Assembly: GCA_022843095.1 (NCBI GenBank)
Contig: JALHOH010000002.1
Span: forward strand, 330,001-362,000
Reading direction: 5' to 3'
DNA from: Candidatus Saccharimonadota bacterium
GTDB taxonomy: Bacteria > Patescibacteriota > Patescibacteriia > 2-12-FULL-60-25
Length of the DNA stretch: 32,000 bases
The notes beneath the pieces were generated by a model. The model saw nothing but the letters and a program-made list of their open reading frames with translations. It was not told where the DNA came from and made no database searches. The position numbers were made by a program, and so were the translations under genes. Positions 25,483-32,000 of this stretch are shown one piece after another (the stretch's first letter is position 1; each line of letters begins with the position of its first letter).

Positions 25483-25490
25483 AAAGGAGG
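25483..25490 (+). promoter_or_regulatory. Shine-Dalgarno site (AAAGGAGG) of the radical SAM gene
   Basis: AAAGGAGG-ATTC-GTG. It is the strongest ribosome-binding site in the window. Confidence 0.65.
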
Positions 25491-25494
25491 ATTC

Positions 25495-27114
25495 GTGAAC
25501 GCACTACCCGTCATCCAGCACGCAACCGCGTCGAACGAGGCGCCCCGGCTGCAAGGCCTCCGCGCCGTGTTCATCAACATGCCGCTCCGAGAATCGGCGC
25601 GGCCCAACACCCCGCCCGAAGGCCCGGCGCTCTTGGCTGCACGTCTTCGTGAAGCAGGCGCCGACGTCTCCATCATCGATCTGAACGCCTACCGGATTCA
25701 GGACGAAGACGCGGCGACGCGCGGACTCCCCTACGGCCGTCATCTGACGCAAGCCGAAGCGGAGGCGCTCATCCAGCGCCACTTCCAGAAGCACGGTGCG
25801 CCGCGTCTCATCGCCCTCTCTGGGATGATTACGACGTTGCGCTGGCAAGAACGCATCGCAACCTTCTGCCGTCGCATGGTCCCGGACGCGAAGATCCTCT
25901 CCGGGGGCGGTCTGGCGACGGAACTGAAGGGCGCGCTTTTGCGCTGGATTCCGGCGCTCGACGCCATCGGTCACTCCGAAGGAGATGACATCATCCTCGC
26001 CATCGGCCGCGACGTGCTCGCAGGGACCCTGCAACCGGTCTACGCCGGCGACCGACCGGTCGCGCTGGATCGCCTGCCGCTTCCGGCGTGGGATCTGCTG
26101 CACACCGACGTGGATGGCAATCCGCTTATCGAGTGGTACATCCAGACGCCGGTGTGGGGCGGCGCGGCGGGCAATAGCTCCGCCACAAGCTTCACGATGA
26201 CGCGCAGCCTCACCACAGTGAGCTCGCGTGGCTGTCCGTACGCCTGCTCCTTCTGCTACCGCGGGGCGCAGGGCGAACGTAACTGGGGGATGCGTTCCGC
26301 GGAGGCGCTCATGCATCAAGCGGCGTTGTACAAGGAAATGTACGGGATCGATTTCCTGGGCTTTCCGGACGACAACTTCGCCATCGATCGCAAGCGCATC
26401 GCGCACCTCCCCGAGACGCTCGGCAAGGTCGGGATCCGTTGGGGCACGCACACGCGCCTGGACGAAGCCGATGATCGGCTGGAACCCATGGCGAAATCCG
26501 GGTGTGTCTACATCGGATTCGGCGCAGAAAGCGCCAGCAAACCGGTGCTGACGCGCATGAAGAAGGGCGGATTCATCCTGAAGCGTGGGATGGTACGCCC
26601 GGAAGGGGCGGATCGCGCATTCCCGAAGACCATGGTCGATGGGATCGAGAACTGCCTCCGCGTGGGTATCCACGCGAACTGCACCTGGATCATGGCCTAC
26701 CCCGGCGAAACGCTGGAAGACCTGCAAACCAGCATCTCCTTCATCCTCTGGCAACAAGAACGCGTGACTCGCGGGCTCGTGGCCGGAACGGAGGCGCATC
26801 AGATCGCGCTCGCCTCCATCAATCGACGCATGTTCACCGCCACGGCCTATCCGGGCACGGACATGTTTACCGATCCGGATGTGAAGCCGCTGCTCGGCAA
26901 ACACTTCGGCATCCGCTTCGACGACACCGGCGAGCCGGTCGCAGACGAGGCGCTTCGTCGATACATCGAAGAGCTGGACGATGCGACCAAGGTGCTGCAC
27001 GGCACCGACGGTCAACCGCTGAACGCCTCCCGCATGTCCATGGACACCTTCCTCACGGCACGCGCCCTCGTGGACGCCGGCAACCTGGAAGCGGTTCTGG
27101 ACTTGAAGGAATAA
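25495..27114 (+). CDS. B12-binding-domain-type (class B-like) radical SAM enzyme
   Basis: ORF 25195..27114 trimmed to the in-frame GTG at 25495, behind the SD site. N-terminal B12-binding-like region: RAVFINMPLRESARPNTPPEGPALLAARLREAGADVSIIDLN. Radical SAM cluster motif SSRGCPYACSFCY (CxxxCxxC), then GFGAESASKPVLTRMKKG. Confidence 0.85.
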   Translation: MNALPVIQHATASNEAPRLQGLRAVFINMPLRESARPNTPPEGPALLAARLREAGADVSIIDLNAYRIQDEDAATRGLPYGRHLTQAEAEALIQRHFQKHGAPRLIALSGMITTLRWQERIATFCRRMVPDAKILSGGGLATELKGALLRWIPALDAIGHSEGDDIILAIGRDVLAGTLQPVYAGDRPVALDRLPLPAWDLLHTDVDGNPLIEWYIQTPVWGGAAGNSSATSFTMTRSLTTVSSRGCPYACSFCYRGAQGERNWGMRSAEALMHQAALYKEMYGIDFLGFPDDNFAIDRKRIAHLPETLGKVGIRWGTHTRLDEADDRLEPMAKSGCVYIGFGAESASKPVLTRMKKGGFILKRGMVRPEGADRAFPKTMVDGIENCLRVGIHANCTWIMAYPGETLEDLQTSISFILWQQERVTRGLVAGTEAHQIALASINRRMFTATAYPGTDMFTDPDVKPLLGKHFGIRFDDTGEPVADEALRRYIEELDDATKVLHGTDGQPLNASRMSMDTFLTARALVDAGNLEAVLDLKE

Positions 27115-27120
27115 CCCTGT

Positions 27121-27151
27121 CCCCGATCGACATTACGATCGGGGATTTTTT
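27121..27151 (+). terminator. Rho-independent terminator of the radical SAM gene; overlaps the stop codon of the convergent methyltransferase
   Basis: ccccgatcg-acatta-cgatcgggg followed by attttttg. The stop codon (27133-27135) of the minus-strand gene lies in the loop. Confidence 0.75.
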
Positions 27152-28083
27152 GTAGGCCGAATCAGCAACAAACTTGGCTCTTTTGGCAGCGCATTCACCT
27201 CTGCGGCGTAGACATACGGCGCGCACTCCAAATGGTTCACCTCCTGCAAACGACGCGTCCCCAAAAGACGTCGTTGTACACCAAACGGCAACCGACTAAA
27301 CGCCCATTTCATCCAACGGACAGGTGCATGGCGACTGACCGTTTTCGCGACATGGAGATGCGTTACCGCGAGCCCCGCGCCTTCCGCCAACCGTTGCCAA
27401 TCCTTCAAGCGAAATTCACGTTCCCCGTTCATACGGCGCGTCAGTCGGACGGCGGGGTCAACCCCCATCTTTTTCTTCGCCTCCTCGGTATATTCAACGT
27501 CGAGGAGCGCATCCAATGCGGCGTCATCCAACCGATTGGCGCGCGCTTTATCCAAACACACGATCACGCCATCCGGACGCAATACGCGTCGAAATTCCTG
27601 AAACACCGCCCCGAGATCCGGAGCATGATGCAGGGAATAAAAATCAAAGATCGCATCCACCGATTCATCAGGCAGTCCGATCCGCGCAAACTCCCCCACG
27701 CATCCGGTCACAGGCGCATCCGACGGACGCCGCAACGCCTCCACGACGCGTGACATGAGCAGCTCCACCTGGTTTGCGCAGGCATCCATGGCATACACCT
27801 CTGCAACCCCAGGAATCCCAGAAAGCAGCGTGCTAAAAAACCCGCATCCGGCCCCGGCTTCCAGCACGACGCCACGAAACGGACGTCCGGATTCACGCTG
27901 GATACGCTGAAGCAACGCGCGCATTCCGGCGATCGTCACCTCTGGCGCATCCCCGTCGAAGGTCACCGCTTGCGCGATGGTGAGCGGATCCTTGCCGGCA
28001 AGCGCACGCGCAAACTCCGTGCGGTAATGACGGGCTAATTCCGCCTCGAGCGTCGGATCAATGGGCCATCGTACCATCTCCAT
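27133..28083 (-). CDS. Class I SAM-dependent methyltransferase
   Basis: Motif I VVLEAGAGCGFFSTLL, then VDAIFDFYSLHH and DGVIVCLD. ATG at 28083. Confidence 0.8.
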   Translation of the reverse strand: MEMVRWPIDPTLEAELARHYRTEFARALAGKDPLTIAQAVTFDGDAPEVTIAGMRALLQRIQRESGRPFRGVVLEAGAGCGFFSTLLSGIPGVAEVYAMDACANQVELLMSRVVEALRRPSDAPVTGCVGEFARIGLPDESVDAIFDFYSLHHAPDLGAVFQEFRRVLRPDGVIVCLDKARANRLDDAALDALLDVEYTEEAKKKMGVDPAVRLTRRMNGEREFRLKDWQRLAEGAGLAVTHLHVAKTVSRHAPVRWMKWAFSRLPFGVQRRLLGTRRLQEVNHLECAPYVYAAEVNALPKEPSLLLIRPTKNPRS

Positions 28084-28124
28084 ATGGCTTGAACGGTACC
28101 AACCTTCCTGCTAAAAACAAAGTC

Positions 28125-28862
28125 ATGCGTATCCTTGGAGTCATTCCGGCGCGTGGCGGGTCAAAACGCGTCTACAAAAAAAATATCCGCCCGTTGCTTG
28201 AGAAACCCCTCATCGCCTGGACGATCGAGGCGGCGTGTCTTGGGCTTCCCGGTCGCACCATCGTTTCCACGGATGATCCAGAAATCGCCGAGATCGCGAA
28301 AGCGGCGGGTGGAGAGGTTCCCTTCATTCGTCCTGAACAACTCGCAACCGACACCTCTGGCATCGAAGGGGTGTTGCGTCATGCGTATGAATGGATGCGC
28401 GACCACGCACAGTACGAAGCGGACGCGATCGCGCTCTTGCTTCCGACCAATCCCACGCGCCAGCCGTTTCATCTACGCGAAGCCGTGGAACGGATGGCGA
28501 ACACCGGCGCCGATAGCGTCGTTGCTGTCGTCCCCGCACTCGCCAACATGAATCCCGCCTGGATTCTGAAGCGTGATACCGACGGACGCGTCTGCCTGCA
28601 TGACGGCGAACCTCTCACAAAGATATTGACGCGAAGCCAAGACCTGCCGCCACGTTTTTCGCGCAACGACTTGGTGTATCTGCTCAAACCCGCGAACCTG
28701 TATCAGGCCACGCCGAATTTATACGGCGATCACGTAGAACTCCTGGAAACCGATGATTTTTTTACCGCGGATATCAACACCGAAAACGACTGGTTCATGA
28801 CCGAACAGAAGATGCGTCTCCTTCGGGACGGGAAGGTGCCTGGCGGATCGCTGCCGCAATAA
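28125..28862 (+). CDS. Acylneuraminate cytidylyltransferase family protein (CMP-ulosonic acid synthetase, NeuA-like)
   Basis: Start set at the ATG at 28125 (the track start at 28089 is a TTG). MRILGVIPARGGSKRVYKKNIRPLLEKPLIAWTIEAA...VSTDDPEIAEIAKAAGGEVPFIRPEQLATD...LLLPTNPTR. Confidence 0.85.
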   Translation: MRILGVIPARGGSKRVYKKNIRPLLEKPLIAWTIEAACLGLPGRTIVSTDDPEIAEIAKAAGGEVPFIRPEQLATDTSGIEGVLRHAYEWMRDHAQYEADAIALLLPTNPTRQPFHLREAVERMANTGADSVVAVVPALANMNPAWILKRDTDGRVCLHDGEPLTKILTRSQDLPPRFSRNDLVYLLKPANLYQATPNLYGDHVELLETDDFFTADINTENDWFMTEQKMRLLRDGKVPGGSLPQ

Positions 28863-30213
28863 ACGCCCCGATCCGTTCGCCCGCGTGGCCATCGCACTGG
28901 TACAACTGCTGCGCGCGCATCCGATCACGCCCCTCTTTGTCCAACGAGGGGTTTTGCAAATACGCATTGATCGCCTCGATCAATTCCTTCGCAGACTTCA
29001 CGATGCGAACGCCCCCGCACGCGATCATTTTTTTCATGTGATCTTCGTCGTGGTACCGCTGCACACTTTGCAAATACGGCAACGTCTTTGTGCCATCAAA
29101 ATCCAAAATAATTTGCGGTTTGTCGTACACGAGCGAATCCACACCAAGCGTCGTCGCCACGTACAACACCACATCTGCGTGGTACAGCGTGTCCGCAAGG
29201 TGACGAATGTCATCCTGAGACAATTCCTGCGCTTTTGAACGTCCTCCAAACGAAATACCGGGATGCTCCGACGTTAAATGCGGACGCGAAACCAACATTG
29301 GCATTGGATGGTTCGGATGATTGCGGACATGGAGATGCACGGGCGAGACAAACGCCCCCGTATCCATCGCCTGAACAAACACATCCAGAAGTTCATGATC
29401 CGTTTGTGAAAGCAACTGTCCCGCCGGGGCAAACAGGAGTAGTTTTCGCGAGGGATCAGTTGCGCCAATTTTTTCAAAAAACGCCTCACGCGAAAGCCGC
29501 GTCCCCCGCACGGATTCATCATACTGCGGCGTGCCACCGACAAACACGCGATCTGCAGGGACGTCATGCATCTGGGTCACCTCCTCTTTGATGGTCGTAT
29601 TATTCGTGATGACCTGATCCGGAATCACGGGCAACACCCCTTTGCTCCAACAATTATCCCATGAGCGTACCATCCCGATGACCGGGACCCCGTTCCGACG
29701 CGCCGTCGCATTCAAAAGCGCATCCGTGCCATCAAAAATATCCGTCGAAAACACCGCATCCGGCTTTACGGCGTCAAACAACTGCTCCATTTCTGGCGCA
29801 AAGGAATAGCGCTGATACAGGCGCCGAAACAATCGACGAACAACCCGTCGTTCCGCGATGAGCTTGATGATGAGCGTCTCGAGTCCATGACGCAGATATT
29901 TGAGAGGCGATCGGCGGGCACGCAACCGCTCGTGCCGCTTGTACCACAGGTAATGCGTGTCCTGACACAACACCGCAAGCGTATGGAGCCATTGTTGCGA
30001 ACGCGTCGCAGCAATCGCCGGAACCGGAATTCCGCGTACTTCTACGCCAAGCGGAGCCAGAACCTCTGCAAAATACCCCACTTTGATCTCGGGTACCGCC
30101 ACGACCACGCGAAGGTCCGGTTCCTGTACAAGCGTCTTCAAAACGTCCGATCCCAGGATATTTTTTCCGATGTACCCATGAAACGCTCCCAGCAAAAGTG
30201 TACGCATAGACAT
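28795..30213 (-). CDS. GT-B-fold transferase-like protein of uncertain family (TagF/CDP-glycerol-transferase-like features); candidate ulosonic acid transferase
   Basis: 472 aa from the ATG at 30213 (TAATG overlap with the upstream stop). VFVGGTPQYD...KLLLFAPAG...LYHADVVLYVATTLGVDSLVYDKPQIILDFD loosely resembles the GYPR.D / LYAPT.R / ITDYSS pattern of TagF-type enzymes. The family call is weak. Confidence 0.45.
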   Translation of the reverse strand: MSMRTLLLGAFHGYIGKNILGSDVLKTLVQEPDLRVVVAVPEIKVGYFAEVLAPLGVEVRGIPVPAIAATRSQQWLHTLAVLCQDTHYLWYKRHERLRARRSPLKYLRHGLETLIIKLIAERRVVRRLFRRLYQRYSFAPEMEQLFDAVKPDAVFSTDIFDGTDALLNATARRNGVPVIGMVRSWDNCWSKGVLPVIPDQVITNNTTIKEEVTQMHDVPADRVFVGGTPQYDESVRGTRLSREAFFEKIGATDPSRKLLLFAPAGQLLSQTDHELLDVFVQAMDTGAFVSPVHLHVRNHPNHPMPMLVSRPHLTSEHPGISFGGRSKAQELSQDDIRHLADTLYHADVVLYVATTLGVDSLVYDKPQIILDFDGTKTLPYLQSVQRYHDEDHMKKMIACGGVRIVKSAKELIEAINAYLQNPSLDKEGRDRMRAQQLYQCDGHAGERIGAFIAAAIRQAPSRPEGDASSVRS

Positions 30214-30914
30214 TACGCGAAAGTCACCTCGTAACACACCTGATGGCCAAACAGATTAGGAAAGCGACGCATCCACCATCCGCCAAATCCATTGGATGCC
30301 TCGACACGACGCACCGTCCCGCCCTGCGCGCGGAGCCAATCTAAAAAGTCCAGATGCGACCAAAAACGCAGGTGCTCTGACGGATGCGACACCCATTGCG
30401 TAAAAAATCGTCCGCCAAAAAGAAGTCCGAACCGGTACCGATAATACGCGCTATTCGGCACAGAAAGCAGGAACGTTGTGCCAAATGGCTTGAGCGCATG
30501 CAGCGCATTTTCCGGATAACGCAGATGCTCGAGCACCTCGGATAACACGATCACGTCATACCGTTGATCCAGTGCGATCGCTTCCGGACGCTCCAAATCC
30601 ACCACGCGCGTCTCGATTGACTGGTTCGCGAATCCTTCCAACACCATGGGGCTCACATCCGCCACGGTCACGGGATTTCCACGATCGCGCAGCACAACCG
30701 GCAATCGCGAGGTTCCGCACCCAATATCCAACACCCGCGCCGTTGCCGGAATCCAGGACGCGAACACCGCCTCCCGAGGCTTGAGCTTGGGATTGATCGC
30801 AAACCCGCGTCCGCGCCAGTACGCGTCGTAATCCTGCACACCGGGACCCGGAAACACGGGAACGCGCGTCCCCGTAAACGCAAAGCGACGCCGGAGCGAG
30901 GCGAAGATCCCCAT
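30213..30914 (-). CDS. Class I SAM-dependent methyltransferase
   Basis: Start set at the ATG at 30914, 2 nt after the upstream stop. Motif I RVLDIGCGTSRL, then YDVIVLSEVLEHL. Confidence 0.8.
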   Translation of the reverse strand: MGIFASLRRRFAFTGTRVPVFPGPGVQDYDAYWRGRGFAINPKLKPREAVFASWIPATARVLDIGCGTSRLPVVLRDRGNPVTVADVSPMVLEGFANQSIETRVVDLERPEAIALDQRYDVIVLSEVLEHLRYPENALHALKPFGTTFLLSVPNSAYYRYRFGLLFGGRFFTQWVSHPSEHLRFWSHLDFLDWLRAQGGTVRRVEASNGFGGWWMRRFPNLFGHQVCYEVTFA

Positions 30915-30916
30915 AC

Positions 30917-31921
30917 CTAGAACAGCCGATCCTTCCACGTGCGCGGAATCGCGTCCGTCACGATTTCAAGCGGAAGGTGGTAGGTGAACGGTTTTACGCC
31001 ACGGGTTTTGATGTACTCGATCATTTCCTGGAGACCTTGTTCCAAGGTGTACTGTGTTTTATATCCAAGCAACGTCCGTGCTTTTTGTGCGCTGCACGTC
31101 GCTTTCTTCACCTCGCGTGGACGATCCGGCATGTAGATCGGCTTACACTCGACGTTCAAGAGCCGTCCAATCGTTTGCGCAAGTTGGTTAATGGTGACGC
31201 TTTCTTCGTCCGGACCGACGTTGATCACCTGACCCACGACATCCGCGCGATGCATCAATTTTTCGAGCGGGTCAATGACGTCCTGAACAAAGCTAAAACA
31301 GCGCACCTGTTCCCCGTCTCCGTAAATCACCGGCTGACGTCCCTGCAGCATCAGGTTAATCATGATGGAGGCGACGTTTCGATACGGGTCATCGTATTTT
31401 TGCCGCGGTCCGATGATGTTGTGCGGCACGGCGATCACATACTCCATCCCATGCGTTTCGCACAGTTCGCGGATCGCAAGCTCTGCCGCATATTTGGCGA
31501 TCCCATACGGATCTTGCGGGCGCGGGGTCATGTCCTCCGTAAACGGGAGCGTATCCTGAGTCCCATACCGCGCCATGCTGGAACAAAACACAAACCGTTT
31601 GACCTTGTTGGCCACAGACGCAGAAAGCAAAGAAATCGTGTTGCCAAAGGTGTTTTGCGTCACGATATGCGGAGAAAACACCGATAAGCCTTCGTAGGCG
31701 GTGCAGGCACAGTGGTAAACCACGTCTACGCCCTCGGTCAGGCGCTGCATGGCCGCATGATCCAAACAATCCACCTGATGAAACTCCGCCCCTTTGGGGA
31801 CGTTATCCAAATAGCCGCCAACAAGCGTATCCACCCCGATGACCGTATGCCCTTCGGCAAGCAGCCGATCGGCCAAATGACTCCCCAAAAACCCGGCGAT
31901 TCCCGAAATAAAAATACGCAT
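30917..31921 (-). CDS. NAD-dependent epimerase/dehydratase (extended SDR)
   Basis: MRIFISGIAGFLGSHL, CSSMARYG, YGIAKYAAE (YxxxK), PHNIIGPR. Confidence 0.85.
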   Translation of the reverse strand: MRIFISGIAGFLGSHLADRLLAEGHTVIGVDTLVGGYLDNVPKGAEFHQVDCLDHAAMQRLTEGVDVVYHCACTAYEGLSVFSPHIVTQNTFGNTISLLSASVANKVKRFVFCSSMARYGTQDTLPFTEDMTPRPQDPYGIAKYAAELAIRELCETHGMEYVIAVPHNIIGPRQKYDDPYRNVASIMINLMLQGRQPVIYGDGEQVRCFSFVQDVIDPLEKLMHRADVVGQVINVGPDEESVTINQLAQTIGRLLNVECKPIYMPDRPREVKKATCSAQKARTLLGYKTQYTLEQGLQEMIEYIKTRGVKPFTYHLPLEIVTDAIPRTWKDRLF

Positions 31922-32000
31922 ACAGAATGGGACGATTGTACTCGCCGAAATCTAGGATCGCAACCTCGACTCCATCGTATCTCGCAAGAGCTTCCCCAGC

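Noticed and set aside
25392-25494. Possible cobalamin or SAM riboswitch, or a promoter, in the 103-nt spacer upstream of the B12-type radical SAM gene
   Set aside because: The spacer is far too short for a cobalamin riboswitch, and I see no B12-box-like element. The only promoter-like hexamers (TTGCTT at 25400 and TAGAGT at 25424, 18-nt spacing) are weak matches, so I did not call a feature.
31922-32000. Possible 3' end of another minus-strand gene (one frame ends …RDTMESRLRS with a stop at 31952-31954)
   Set aside because: Only 16 codons are visible and no motif can be recognised, so a CDS call is not supportable.
1-32000. Search for CRISPR repeats, inverted-repeat-bounded mobile elements, integrase/transposase genes, and toxin-antitoxin or defence-system signatures
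   Set aside because: None found by eye. The only repeated DNA is the short conserved Rossmann-fold coding segment shared by the extended-SDR paralogs. No ORF shows nuclease, ATPase or recombinase motifs.

Overview
Gene-dense, moderately GC-rich bacterial window. I see no rRNA, tRNA, CRISPR array, transposase/integrase or large repeat. Almost all of it is one large cell-surface glycan locus, about 31 CDSs, often joined by ATGA/TAATG start-stop overlaps. Layout: (1) 1-3406(-): secreted S8 protease, GtrA, and two tandem UXS-like decarboxylases. (2) 3434-4810(+): initiating polyprenyl-phosphate sugar-phosphate transferase. (3) 4846-13064: nucleotide-sugar tailoring genes, namely epimerases/dehydratases, two truncated UDP-glucose-dehydrogenase-like proteins (one fused to a methyltransferase), a TylF-like and another methyltransferase, a GT4 and a DegT aminotransferase. 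(4) 13107-18126(-): GT4, then a tightly coupled CotH kinase / VTC (polyP-polymerase-like) / DUF4956 module. (5) 18211-20497(+): Wzx-like flippase plus an exported, membrane-anchored CYTH protein. (6) 20510-31921: an ulosonic-acid-type cassette with a NeuB/NANS-like synthase, HAD phosphatase, GmhA-type isomerase, TIM-barrel isomerase, two SDRs, a B12-type radical SAM enzyme, methyltransferases, a CMP-sugar synthetase and a GT-B transferase. Best candidates for undescribed biology: (a) the CotH-VTC-DUF4956 module plus the exported CYTH protein, possibly an extracytoplasmic polyphosphate/phosphorylation system; (b) a Kdo-pathway-like enzyme series built from non-orthologous families around a GmhA-type isomerase, with a radical SAM enzyme, possibly making a new higher-carbon ulosonic acid. 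Parts of that cassette are higher in GC and carry strong Shine-Dalgarno sites and their own terminators, unlike most other genes here. All family assignments come from reading motifs by eye. No database search or computation was run. Many ORF-track entries use alternative start codons or carry spurious N-terminal extensions, which I trimmed.
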